A DNA stretch of 64,000 nucleotides from Antedon mediterranea (taxonomy: Eukaryota > Animalia > Echinodermata). The DNA lies in NCBI RefSeq assembly GCF_964355755.1, contig NC_092673.1, positions 22,069,648 through 22,133,647 of the forward strand, written 5' to 3'. Within the stretch, counting starts at the first letter, position 1. Each line of letters opens with the position of its first letter. Both the position numbers and the translations under genes were made by a program. The notes under the pieces are model-generated. The model was given only the letters and a program-made list of their open reading frames with translations, was not told where the DNA came from and searched no databases. This document shows, one piece after another, positions 40,351-54,800 of this stretch.

Positions 40351-43300
40351 CTGTAAAAAACAATTTTTAATTAATTATAAAATACATATAACAGCATGAG
40401 GCTACAGAACCCAATGTGAATCAATGTTTTATTTCAATTCACTTATAAAAAGTAAATTATGATAATTTGTTTTACATTTAAATATAAAAAGTACAAACAT
40501 AATTAAGAACTTTTATGTCAACAAATGTTGTGACTGTAGGCATAACGTTCCGCTGATAAGTTAAATTTGCGCAATAAGGTGTTACATATGTATTTTCCTC
40601 GAAAAGATGAAAAATTAAAATTAATAGGCCTATTTAAATTTATAAATTTTCACTTATAAAAGAGAAAAATAAACGATTCCCGATTGGCTTTAAAGGTTTT
40701 AGCACCTCTTTTGTAAATACAAAAATTTCACAACAGCCATTACATATGGTAAACCAAATGCCGTATACATCGTAGAGTTGAGGACGTACAGTGGTGATGA
40801 TAATAATAATAGTGACTCGTCTAAATCGCTCGAATAAGTCGTACTATTAGAAAACAAACACATCTACAACATACTTGGGATAAGGCTGCCACTGTACGTT
40901 CAATTGTGTATCAATGTTATAAACATTATTTGAATGAATATCCCACAATTCACAGTACATGATCGTATGTGTGTTTAAGGTCATCATAATATATCTTCTT
41001 ATTTTTATTATTCTTTCCAATCCATGAATTTATAATGTAATAACGCAAACCATAATATTATATTTGTTGATAATTTATATACAATTTAATAGTCTCGCTG
41101 TCTTGATGAACTCTATAACAACTTCCGGGTATGAATTCTAAGCATAGTAATTATGACAAGTAAACCCGGAATCAACCTCAAATCAAGATGAATTTATTTA
41201 TGTTTTACAGGCGTATTTATTGATGTTCTGACCCTGACATGACTAGGAATCTTATGTGTCTCACGTGAAGCAATACTTTTTGGTAAATACTGGTGTATGC
41301 CTACTGTATTATTTTTTAATAGGCTCGAAAAATGTCAGTCATTTTAAGAACATACATTTTAATCTGTTGTGATGCCGTTTTTAAATTGAAATTTGTCATG
41401 ATTTCTGTGTTTGGGCAAAGATATCTGCGTATTTTTCATGATGCTCACCAACCTTAACCTTAACTGTGCTTTATGTGACAAATATTGCGACAAAAATCCA
41501 GTTGTTAAACTACCCGATCAATATTTGTTGAAGCTTTGAATCTTAATTATAATTTTAATATTCAGTATTCTTGGTAATAAATAAATATAAGCTCTATATT
41601 TATCCGTACTAAGAGTAATTTTTAATTTTTAATCCTACATGATGTGGGATCATTCTTCAGTAAGTGTCTAATTTCAGGTTTATAAAAAATCGATTTTAAA
41701 ATTTGCATTTTTTAAATTTTAAAAGTTTATTCAGATAAATGAACATGTATTACATGGCAAGCGTATGTTTGGCGCAATCTTTATTATATATTTCCTATTT
41801 TATTCGTATTTATAAATACATGGTTCTATGTTATTGTCATTTCCGTCACATTTATGGAATATACAAAGATAGAAAAAATAACGGTTTAGGAATTATAAAA
41901 TTATTTCCATTATTAATTCTTTGATACTATACATTATTTTTGTCTCTATTAATCAAAAAATGATTGTTTTAACATTTACTAGTATGATGTTATACGTTCA
42001 AAACCATTTACTATTCCAAAAAAATTATAATTTTCAGAAAATAGTATGACTCTCACTGATGTTTTACAAAATTCTGTTGAACTAATATTACTATCCATTG
42101 ACATAGTAGAAGAATATTGTTTATATTTCAATTATACCATATAATTGCGTTCATTACTTAAATATTTTAGGATTTAAAAGGATAAAATATCCATGCGACG
42201 GAGATGAAACCGTGACGGATATGACAAACCTAAAAAATCATGTGACGGAGATGACTTTAAGATATGATTTGATTATGTTTATTGACCAGAGTCACATAGA
42301 TATACAATGTAATAACATAATAAAGATATACAAAACAAAATGTGCAACAAAAAAAGGCCCTGGCAATAACAAAAAGTCATATCCGTCACGGGCCGTCATC
42401 TCCGTCACAACGAAACATTGGGAAATGTGACGGAGCTGACCGTGACGGAGATGATGTATTTAGCATAGGACAGCCTAGGATCACATCGTAGGCATGTCTG
42501 ACAGCGGAGACGGATTGCATACTTCTAGATACCATGAATAACTTGTACTTCCAGTTGAAAAAAACCAGACATTATAATTATTTAATGAGTTCTATACCGT
42601 TCGGATATGACATTCAATAAAGGTACGCAACTGTAATTTTTCTAAAACCTCGTTTTATTAGCCTTTTTCCTCTTTTATTGAAAATGATGTGCGGCTAGTT
42701 TTATTTCAATATCTTTGCATGTTTACAACGCATTAAACTGTAGTCGGCACATTTAAATTATGTGACGGAAATGACAAAAAACTGCGGGACAAGCTTTTTC
42801 CAAACAAAAACTTTAAAGTTTGAGATTTAATGTATGTAGAGATGTAGGCCTATTTCGAAGAATATAATCACATGAAATCATGATTAACTAACTTTTTACA
42901 ATATTTTCGATAACAAAATTCCTGTTATCAAATATATACGGCGATCATAAAATTGAAGATGTACGATACGAATTAACAATATCAATATAATTATCTTTGT
43001 TTTATGTAATTAATTATATTTACAATAATGTTGATTATGATTTAAGTCAAGAATTTTTATTTTTTAATGATGAATTTTCAGTCTCTATCCCACCAAAGTA
43101 TCGGGACACGATTTTAGACACTTACTGAAGGCAGGCAATAGGATGTAAACAGACCAACTCTCATCGGCTTTTCATAACTTGAATGCGCTGTGGGGGAATG
43201 ATGACGTGATTTTAAAATGAATAACCAATTAAAGTCGTAGCAATTTTCAATTGCAACGCGATTATTTTTGTGGTTTGCGGTGACTGGAAAAAATCGATTA

Positions 43301-44079
43301 CTAGTTTTGATTTTTTCAGCAGAAACTCAATTCTACAGCCGATTCTCGGTACTGTATCTATTTCCAAAGTATCATATGAATGTTCGGTACTACAACATCA
43401 CATGTGTTTCACATGTAGTAACCTAACCTTTAACATAACCTTACATGATACAGGGACAACATGTGACCAAATATTCCTATTAGATACATTAGTGACCTGC
43501 TCTGGCATAGTGGAACATAACTCGCTGATCTTTATTTTCAGTGTAATGACCTATAGAAGTACTATTTACGTTAAAAATCACTATCTTGGTGAAAATAGGG
43601 TTTTCCCCTTTTTGGAATCTACAACCATTCTACAATCAAGATCAAGTGTCATTTTGTGTGAATTAAGTTTATAAAAGGGCTAAATAAGTGATTTTAATGA
43701 GTACCTTTTTTGTCTTGATTTCATTTTGTTGCAAAAAAATAAAATAAAGTGAGTGAAACACTGTTAGAAAACTGTGCAGTTTATGAAAATATTTGTATAG
43801 CTACCTTTAAAAACATGGTAGAGTCTGAAAATATAAATATTCATAGGCCATATTCAGTGGGTATTTCAAGTGGTTTTCAGTATTTTTGTCTTCTTCAGCG
43901 GGAATTAGAGCAGGTAAAAAGCTTCTCTGACGTGATTTTTAAACAACAGAAATCCGTTGTCAAGGATACGCCACGTAATTGCTAGCGCGTAGTAGAAATA
44001 CAGTAGGACTACTGTAATTGGCTTATCCTTAAAATGACCTGTTTACTTTCTACACGGAGAGAGGAGAGTGTAAATGTTA

Positions 44080-45044
44080 TGCGCGATTTGAACGATTTGC
44101 GCAATTTAAAATTGCGCAAGGATTTTCTTGCGCAATTTAAAATTGCGCAAACAATTCCTTGCGCAATTTGAATTGAAACATGTGTTTCAAATTGCGCAAG
44201 CAACGTATTAAATTGCGCAAGTAATCTGCAAATTGCGCAAGGTTTTTCGACAGATTGTGAAATCATGCACACCCATATTTTTTAGTAATTTCTAAGAATG
44301 ATTAAAAATTAAAGATAATATCGCATTTCCTTACCCTCCCGGGAGCTTCCCTCCCGAATTTTTTTTTTCCGAATAAAAAAAATCTCGAATTCCCAATGGT
44401 TCTATAAAATACCATATTCACACATAATATGAGGAGAAGGCATAAATAAATACCAATAGTATAATATAATAATTTCAATTCAAATATCAGTACTAATGAC
44501 GATTAATAAGACTAATAACGATTGGATTTTTTTTAGAAACAATAATTATTACGAATTATTAGACGTCTACTATTTAACTTAAAAATTAATTTTAATGTCA
44601 AAAAATATCGACCTTTCGGTACCATTCTCAACAACAAATGAGTACAATAATAAAAATAACAAACAGTTCGTTTTCAAATTGCGCAAAGGTGTCATATTAT
44701 ATCTCTAAAAAAAAAAAAAAATATTTATTTATAAAATATCAGAAATTATAATGTTTTTTTTTACTCAAATATGAATGAAAGAAATAAATGTTTATTTGAA
44801 TTGAATTGAATTGAATATTGCCCAAGAACTATCTTGCGCAATTTACAAATTGTGCAGCGCAATTTGAAATTGCGCAAGGATTTTCTTGCGCAATTTGAAA
44901 TTGCGCAATTTGAAATTGCGCAATTTGAAATTGCGCAAGTTGATTGCGCAATTTAATATTGCGCAAGAAAATCCTTGCGCAATTTCACATTGCGCAAGAA
45001 TTCTTTGCGCAATTTTAAATTGCGCAAATCGTTCAAATCGCGCA
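44080..45044. mobile_element. Foldback-like MITE with long TIRs built from TTGCGCAA repeats, TA flanks
   Basis: tgcgcgatttgaacgatttgcgcaatttaaaattgcgcaa at the left is mirrored at the right end; TA at 44078-44079 and 45045-45046. Confidence 0.8.
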
Positions 45045-47769
45045 TAAATAAACAATTCGGATAGGCTCAGAAGAAATGGACGAATAACCTAAAAGATAAA
45101 TTATTAAAACTATCTAAAGACTTGATGTTAAGAATTTAATTATTTTATCGATTCCTTTTTCTTTCTTACCTTATCATAATGGACACAAATCCTGCATATC
45201 AACGTAAAATCTGTTTATAAGCATCACATACAGTATACCTTTTTAAGATGACAATAGTTCAAATACATGTAGCATGTCAATATAATCTGTATGTATTGGT
45301 ATTTGTTTAACATATATATCTTTCTATATTTGCATTATTTTATATCGTATACATGTCAATTTAATCTATAGGTATGTGTATTTGTTCAATATATATACTT
45401 CTATACTACTATAATATGTTATACCGTAAATACAAATTGTAAGTAGTAGTTGTACTAAGATGACATCGGGTATGAAGCGTCTCACATACACACAGAGCCA
45501 AAATTGCATCTTGGACTTGCACCGTGTATGGACTCTAACCTTACGGTTTCCATTAAATATAGGCCTACCATTTCATGCTATCATTCTAAATAACTAACTT
45601 TCAACCTACTGCATTCCTCTTTTTTTCATACCATCCATCTTATCTTGGTGAAAAGGGAGGATACTACATTTTCCTCCCCTGAGTTTATAGCCTCTCTACT
45701 CGAACACAAACTCGAACACAAATAAGATCACAAATAAGATAGTTTAACAAGACAATTTTAATCATGTATTTTACCGCCATTTTTCGTTTCTACATTTTAA
45801 TTAACATCGTATCTAAAATTTTAAATGAGAAAATATATGGTTAATAATGAATTCTGGCATCTTATTATGTAAATATACCGGTATTTTAACTACTCTAAAC
45901 ACTTACTTTTAATTGTCACAAATGTACTTATATGTATATAATATATTCATCAATGAGAATTTAAATAAACGTGAGAAGAACTCACACAAGACAAAAAAAC
46001 AATTCGGATAGGCCAAATACAATGACAAAAAACACCAACTATGAGAGTAGCAAAGGACCTATGATATATTAAATTATTACAGCCAGTCTAGTGACAGGGT
46101 AGGCCTAGCAGGTCTAGGCTAGATTACACTAACTAGGCCTAGCCTAGGCCTAGGCTAGGTAGGTAGGTAAGTAGGGCAAATAGGCCTAGCTAGGATAGGT
46201 AGGCTTGGCCTAGGTGGTATTCCGATAGGCCTACAGTAGTCTAGGGGTCACTGTTATCTGCCTACATACCACATAGGCCTACCATTTTTATTGTTTTTAC
46301 ATAATAAGTATTGTGTTATTAAATTCATGTTATTGTAGGCTATTATTATGCACTTACACCAACATAGTTTCATAAACATTACACAATTTTAAGTACGGTA
46401 ATTGCTTACAACAGACTTAATAAATTAGTATGTGCTTAACATATCCATTATTTAATTGATTACAGTAAAGCAATGACATAATGTTATTTAAGTTATATTA
46501 TTTTGTTATCTAATCAGCAGGCACTACACAAGTAAAATTTAAATTATTTAAGTACACTTTTAAGAACGTACTTAAATCCAGTAGTTCAAGAAATGGTATT
46601 TAATGTTATATAAACTTAATTTATTGTATACATTTAAGTTAATTTTTAAAGAATAATACAGTTTTTAGTGTAAAAACATTAATTTACCACCTTTTTTACC
46701 ATCTTAAGTAAGTGCTTAAAAGAAACATACGTATGTACTTAACATAGCATGTGGAAATATTTTTTGAATTGCATTGTCACAGTAATCAATATCCTACCAA
46801 AAAGCAATTCATTGTATCATATTTTGTAAATGTGTGATAGTTAGAAAGTATACACTCTATTAGATTAACAAACATTAATTTGTGGTGTTGTTTTTAAAAT
46901 AACATTGACATTCAATCATGATTTTCTCGCAAGAACTGTTATTTGTATATTTCTTTATACATGCTTCGACTTAACGTACAATATCTCAGGATCCCCTTCA
47001 TGTTAAATATTAAGTTTGGTATCATTGTAAAGGATATTACATTTCCTACCAGATAGAATACAAAGCTGAAAAATTTAAATTTTCGACTTATGTTTCACTG
47101 TGACAGAGCAGGTCACTGTGGAGATACAGCACTGGGAATCCGTTGCGTCCAAGCTGGAGGTGTATAAATGGGTACTGGGTATTGATTAGATCAATACACA
47201 ACGTTGCGTTACTAGCTGTATTTATGGGAGCCTATTTCTATACATGTTTGATAAAAAAAATGACCGGGGTAATAATAATGAAGAGCTTAGAAGCATTGTG
47301 CAATAAGCGGTATATAAGGATATTATTATCAGTGTGTATCTTCAAAAAGTGACGTCAATATTAAATAGCGCGCCCTCTATTGGTCTCTGCAGTTTACCAA
47401 GTAGTTCTCCCGGTTTCTGAGCGCTTTATATATTTTATAGAAATCACCTTTATATCGGTGGCACAAACAATATAATTACTTATTTCTTTTTTTTTATCTG
47501 TTTGTTTTTGATTATTTTTTGTTGCTATCAATACCGTATACTACAAGAATGATATAAAACACACAAGTATTACGTTTCTTCGAAATCAAATTTAATCAAA
47601 ATTCTTGCTGGTGGTATTCTACATAAACACCTAACTTAATTTATTCTAAAATTATCCAGTGTGTATTTACGGTAAATTAATTTACATAACCTAATGTCAA
47701 TGTCCGTAAGTTCGATGATACACTGTTTAGAAATGTTTTACCTCGCAACACGCAGATCAGCCGCGGCTA

Positions 47770-47975
47770 AAAAGATTTGTTCGCGCGAAATGAAAGCGTC
47801 AGCTTATACGCATGCGTATTCATATTTTCATACCCTCCATTTTAGTTCCTTGAGTTTTTCACTTCAGCGAAATTAGTATAGTTTATAATAGTCAGCGAAT
47901 AGTTTATACTTTTTGCGAAGCGAAAAATTGAGCAACCAATCAGAGCTCATGAAATGAGTTATGACGCATTCATGC
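47770..47975. repeat. Interspersed repeat with an inverted homolog at ~60100-60300
   Basis: atttgttcgcgcgaa...aaagcgtcagctta(ta)cgcatgcgtatt shared in opposite orientation. Confidence 0.6.
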
Positions 47976-48802
47976 GAATCAAAAAGCCCAGCTGACACTC
48001 TCCAATCTCTGTTAAGCTCTGTTTACACTATCAAACTTTATGTGAAATAAATGTGATGTGCCCATATATGGACACGATGACATCATATCACTACCACATT
48101 TGGGCAAATCACACTGTCGTTTAACAAACTAGTTTGATAGTGTAGACAGAGCTTTGGAAATGAAAATCGCAGCTATTCGCTCTTTTGTATCGTTTTTCCC
48201 TCTGCGAAAATATTGAATTCACATAAAACAAATAACGTGCCTAGTAGAAAACAGGCTAACTTGTCACGTGTTTCATGAATATAACATTAATCGATGCTTG
48301 TGCATTATGAGTGTGTATATGTACGTACAACATACTTACTTTACACATGTTTACTGTACAAAGTTTACATTTTAGTGCGCTGCTTATTATATTAGATTCA
48401 TCACTGTTTAAAGGATAGTTCCTGGTTTAATATTGCTATTGTTTGTTATAATATATAAACCTTTGTAATAACAATGATGATAAGCAAACTTATGTTCCAC
48501 CAGCGTCTGTACAAATTACTTAATTACAATGTATTCAATGCAGTTGACGGTATAGCGTTTGTTTGTAAGGTATTCAACTGTAACAAATATCCACCGTTAG
48601 TGGCACCCTACTCGGCAAACAACAAATGCATAATCTAAATTACCTTAAACTGGCCGCTGTTAATTTTATATTTTAGGGTGGAATTTTCTGTGTGCATGAC
48701 ATGCTGTAACCCTGCTGAGACTTAACTTTCTAAAAAAGTCGTTGAATGGCCGTTCACACTACAGAATGCTTGACCACCAAACAGCGATTCATATTATTTG
48801 TC

Positions 48803-51800
48803 TTAAATGTTTTCGTCACTAGTGTCAAATGCTGGATTTTGAACGTCAAAGGTACTAACGTTATTTCTTTGCGCTGTCCTGGTCGATAACGTTGGTATGG
48901 TTAATGCACTGTTGGTGTTGTTGCTATTTGATCTATTTGAACGATGTTGCGGTGTATGAGTTGTGTAACGTTTCTTTAAATCTCTTAATTCTTTCTCTCT
49001 GAACGTGAACAAATAGAATATTGCGACTCCCTGGAAAGAGTTAAACACGCAGAACAATATTACAAACACGTGATCAGCTTTGCTCTCAAAAGACATAAAT
49101 CCCAATACCCATGTCAGGCCTAAGAGAAAAGATATAGCGATGGCGTTGAAGACCCGTTTCTTCTTCTCATCTAGAGTTGAATCTTTTTTCAGCATTGCGT
49201 TAGATCGCGAGCAGTATAAACTTTTAAGAACCAATACGAATATAATAGCGTTAAACACGATGGCAATTGCGATTGGAATGAGAACAGCGTAGATGAAGAT
49301 GTCGAATTTCGTTGTGTTGAGATAGCAACTGTAATAACAAATAAATATAAATGTTTGCTAGTATGTATAAGAAAAATAAGCAGAGCAAAAATTAGACTAA
49401 TTGTCACAAAAATGTCAATTGTCACATAAATGACAATTGTCACATACAGTCCAATTGTCACATAAAGACCAATTGCTGATAACAACGGGACTGAATATTA
49501 AAGGTAGGAACATACAAATATATGATAAAAATCCATACCTACAATACGATATAGACTCTATCAGAGTCACAGTGAAAGATTTGCCGCTCTCGGTAGCGGA
49601 TGACGAAATACGGAAATCCTTGATACGTTTTAACGTTAAAATAAAAGGCGACATTCAACGTATGAAGCTAAGGGTTGATGGGCAACTCACTAGTTGTCTG
49701 AATGGCGATCGGATGTTTTACGTTGACAAATTACAAGCACCATTACCAAGATTCCTGAGCATAAATGACTTTAAAGTTAGGCTCTTCCACAATGGGCAAA
49801 CAGATGAAAGGATCAAATGCTCAAGGTGTTTAAAGATCGGTCATAATGCATCCAAATGTTCAAATAACATCGTATGCATGGCATGTGGATTAGAAGGGCA
49901 TAGAAAAGATGAGTGCAGTGCGGAAAAGTTATTACTTAACGACTCTGGAGAACAACTAATTCAAGATATGTGGGAACGTGTCATCGTTAAGAACAATACG
50001 AAAGATGCTAACACACATGAAAACAAAGAAATTATTAATGAAGAAGTTTCAAGCTCGGAGGAAAGTACAGGCAGTGAAGAGGAAGACAAGGAAGAAAGTG
50101 AAAGACATGAACTTCAAGAGAAGCAAGGCAAGATCACAGACTTCCTTAAACAAGCCTCAACCAGCGAGAAGAAGGTAAAGGGAAAAGTGATTAACACCAA
50201 CGAACAAAAGGATGACGAGGAAAACATCTCTCCTACCTTGCCAGGCTCAAAGAGAAGAAGAAAATCCGGTAAAAGTAAAAAACAAGTAACTATAGAAAAG
50301 TGAGAGTGTTATACTATAATAGTTGTGCATGCTACTTTCGCTATTTTCCTTTAATACTGGTATTAATGTATGTATGTATAATTACCAATGGTTCTTTAAA
50401 TAAACCGATCAATGTTTAATTCAAATTTTCATTGTATCTCGTTAAATATACGAGGTTTGCGTGATAATACCAAGCAATTACAAATTGAAAAATGGTGTAA
50501 AGATCAAAAAACGGATGTGGTACTGTTACAAGAAACACATCTTACACAAGATTTATTTAAAAAATTCAAATCGATTTGGAAAGGTGATTGTGTACATAGT
50601 ATTAATAACTCGACTAGTGCAGCGCAGGCGTGTCGATTTTATTCAGAAAAGGTTTCAATTATAAAGTGATAAAGCAAAGTGTAGGTAAAAATGGGAGATA
50701 TATAATTATTAAAACAGAAATTAATAATAAGATTTTTGTGTTCATTAATGTATATGCCCCAAATAATAGCAAAATGAGAAGCACATTCTTTAGAGATTTA
50801 AATAATATCATTTCAAATTTTATTGATATTGACAGTGATAGAATTATTTTGGGGGGTGATATTAATTGCGTACTTGATAGACGTTGTGACCAAAAAAATA
50901 GTGCTGATAGAAAAGACACATCTGTGTTTACGGTTAAGCATTTTATGAACAAATTGATGTTAAAAGATGCATGGAGAATTACAAATCCAAACAAAATACA
51001 ATTTACTTGGCGTAGAAAACATAACCAAATTTATAGAAGACTAGATTATTGGTTTACCTCTAAAAATATTGTTGAATACAATGAAATAATATCATGTGAT
51101 ATTAGGCCAGCAATACTAACAGATCATCAAGCAATATCAATTAAAATTGGGTTACATCAATCTAAAAGGGGTCCTAGCTATTGGAAGCTTAATAATGATT
51201 TGTTGAAAAATATGGATTATCAAGACCATATTAGAGATATTATACATAATACCAAATACAACGAAAGTATCCTTAGCCCTGATTTAATTTGGGAAATTAT
51301 AAAAGTGAAGGTTAAAGACTTTTCGATTTTTTACAGTAAAAAAATAAATAAAGAAAAAATTAAAAAAAAGGAAAAGCTTCAGAAGCAATTAAAAATTCTA
51401 AATGAAGCAATTGACCAGACTTGCACCCGTGAAAATGAATGTATTCTGACTGAAATTGAAGAAAAAACAAAAGTTCTAGAAAAAATTTATGAAAAGGAGG
51501 CGAAGGGTGCATATATACGTTCACGACTACAATGGATGGAAGAAGGTGAACGGAGTACTAAGTATTTTCTTGGGCTAGAGAAAAATAACGGTACAAAAAA
51601 ACATATAAAAAGTATAAAAAAAGAAAATGGAACAATATTAACAAAACCTCAGAAAATCCTTAGTGAAGAAGTAAATTTCTTTAAACAATTATATAGTAAT
51701 AAGGATATTCCCTCAGCGGACATAAACAAATACTTAAATAATTCAAATGTATATATTTTATCAGAAGATGAGTACAAGGTATGTGAAGGCCCAATAACAA

Positions 51801-54800
51801 TAGCTAAATGCGAACAAGCTATTAAAAAAATGAAGCTAAACAAGGCTCCGGGATGTGATGGATTGCCAGTGGAATTCTATAAATTATTTTGGAATGATAT
51901 CAAACATATTGCTTGTAATGCCATAAACGAATGTTATAACAAAAATGAAATGAGTCACACGCAGAAACGCGGAGTGATCAATTTACTTTATAAAAAAGGT
52001 GACAAACAAATTTTAGAAAACTGGCGGCCTATAACTCTATTAAACACTGATTATAAGATGTTAACTCATATATTATGTACAAGATTAAAAAAGATTATTG
52101 CAAATATAATTGACAATGATCAAAAAGGATATATTAAAGGGCGTTTTGCGGGTGAAAATATAAGATTAATTAATGATATTCTATTCTATACCAAAGATGA
52201 AGATATTGATGGTGCAATGTTATCACTTGACTTTAGTAAAGCTTTTGATTCTGTGAATAGGGAATTCATGTTCAAAGTATTAAAGAAGTTTAATTTTGGA
52301 GATTCTTTTCGTAAATGGGTATCAACAATTTATAATAATACCGAATGTGTAATTGTAAATAATGGATGGATTTCTGAAAGTTTTCAAATGAATAGTGGTA
52401 TAAGACAGGGTTGTCCTTTGTCAGCGTTATTGTTTATTTTAACTGTAGAAATCATGGCCTGTAATATAAGAAATGATGTGAATTTTGTAGGCATAGCTGT
52501 CCCCGACCCGGTGCAAAATGAAGAAATACGCATCGCCCAATTAGCGGACGACACAGTTATCTTTACTGGGAATGAGGATAGTATTGAGATAGGTTTAAAT
52601 ATTGTTACCAACTTTTGTAAAGTATCAGGTATGAGCCTTAACAAAAGAAAAACAAATGCCATGTGGATTGGTAGAAATATAAATAAAATTGAAAAACCAT
52701 GTAACTTAAATTGGGTTAAAAAACCAATTAAAATTTTAGGAATATATGTAGGTTATAAAAAGGATGAATGTCAAGAACTAAACTGGGCTAATAAATTGTT
52801 AAGTTTAGAAAGACTACTCAACACGTGGAAAGGTAGAAACCTTACATATTTTGGAAAAGTTACAATTTTAAAGAGTCTCGGTTTATCTAAACTAATTTAT
52901 AACGCCTCTATAATTGATGTACCAAATTATGTTGTTTTACAGGTGAATAAACTGACATACGATTTCCTATGGAATGGAAAAGGGGAAAAAATTAAAAGAA
53001 AGACATTAATTGGCAAGCTAAAAGATGGAGGTATTAATATGCCGGATTTTGCATTACAGGTCAAAGCGCTCAAGGTTGCATGGGCGAGAAAATTAATATG
53101 TAGAAAGCATGTGAGATGGAAGCTATTACCAACATATTATATAAATAAGTTTGGAAATGAAAGATTGTTCTTTAGTATGTCAAATATTAACCTGGTAAAT
53201 TGCATTACTTTGAAAAACATTCCTCCTTTTTATTTAAAAGTGATACAATGTTGTACTGAATTTAACGAAAACTGCTGCCATGAAATCAATACTTATGAAG
53301 AAGTTGTTAATCAAAGTTTATGGGGAAACAAATATATTGTGTACAAAAAAAGGTCTTTGTTTTATAAAAATTGGTTTGATTCAGGATTTAAAAAAATATT
53401 TGATATAATTAATTTTAACCGTTTGAAAACATCTAATGAAATCCTTGAAACACTACGTAATAAAATAAACTGGCTCATGGAATATGCTTCCTTAGTTGAT
53501 GCTATTCCAAAAGATTGGATTAATATAATTAAAAATTACAACAAGAACGGGCCTACAAATATAAAAGATGAGTGCATCATAACTAATGACGCCTATATGC
53601 TGGAAACAAAACTTATATATTCGTGCTTTATTAAAGAAAAATTTATTTATCCGCATGTAATGGGCAAATGGAATATGGCCTTTAACACTCAGAAAATAAA
53701 TTGGAGTGACGTTTGGATAAAAAAAGTGAAAAATGAAAAAAACAAAAAATATGCACAACTAAATTACAAGCTGTTGAACAAAATTGTTCCGACTAATCAA
53801 AGGCTTAATAAGTGGCATGTGAAAATGAATAATGTATGTGACTTATGTGGGGTAATTGAAGACGAAAAACACATGTTTTTTGAATGCATACGAAATAAAA
53901 CTTTATGGACAAACATAGATAACATTTTTAAAAATATTGACAATGGCAGAAGCTCTTTTAGAGAACTTCTTTTAGGGTCTGATTGTGAATACAAAAATGA
54001 CTTATATTCAATTGCTGTCTTCTCAATATATAACATTAAGATTTTAACTGAATTAAACAAACCAGTGTGTAAAAACTCTTGGATTGTATTTAAGTCTATT
54101 GTTAAGGATCTGAACAAACTAACGCTCATATAATGTTAAAAGAGTTACCGGTACCTAATAAATTTATTAAACGTTGTTTTATATCTTTGTATATAATGTC
54201 TATAAGATGTATATAAATGGTATGTATATTGTCTGTGTACAATGTGAATAATAACAAACCATGAAAGCAGGAGGATAATATTGGAAACAATATGTGAAAA
54301 ACTAAAATTTACAAAAATTACTGATATTTTTTTTTTGAGCAGAAAAAGATAAAGAAAAATGTAGAATATTAACGGAAAACAATATAATTAAAGAAAGAAC
54401 ATATGAAGACAGATATTACTGATTTATTTGTAATGTATTTAATTATGATATGAAAGAATAAAGGTGGTGGTTCACGCCACAAAAGAGAAAAAAAAAAAGA
54501 CCAATTGTCACATAAAGACCAATTGTCACATAAATACCAATTGTCACATGAAGATCAATTGTCACTTAAAGACCAATTGTCACATAAAGACCTATTGTCA
54601 CATAAAGACCAATTGTCACATAAAGACCAATTATCTCATAAAGACCAATTGTCACATAAAGTCCAATTGTCACATAAAGTCCAATTGTCACATAAAGACC
54701 GATTGTCACATAAATGACAATTGTCACATACAGTCCAATTGTCACATAAAGACCAATTGTCACATAAAGACCAATTGTCACATAAATACCAATTGTCACA

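Larger units (their letters stand above)
49476..54495 (+). mobile_element. Tx1/L1-clade non-LTR retrotransposon, ~5 kb, 5'-truncated within ORF1
   Basis: ORF1 remnant to 50303 with two CCHC knuckles; ORF2 50412-54133; AATAAA at 54457-54462 and poly(A); TSD aaagaccaattg at 49464-49475 and 54496-54507. Confidence 0.93.

Noticed and set aside
38368-40370. Plus-strand Val/Cys-rich ORFs (VVCCNVVPDSVVN)
   Set aside because: Antisense shadows of the Thr-rich mucin repeat.
40875-40990. Possible signal-peptide exon for the mucin/aGPCR fragment
   Set aside because: A donor-like site exists, but no single frame gives a clean hydrophobic leader in the right phase.
41450-43960. Possible large DNA transposon remnant with gacggagatgac repeats (42190-42460)
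   Set aside because: I could not define termini, a TSD or transposase homology by eye.
49437-49475. Apparent N-terminus of Tx1 ORF1 (MSHTVQLSHKDQ)
   Set aside because: This is target minisatellite read in frame by chance; the element starts at 49476, after the TSD.
50610-50630. Programmed frameshift in Tx1 ORF2
   Set aside because: No slippery heptamer, and it falls inside the endonuclease domain; a simple indel or sequencing error is more likely.
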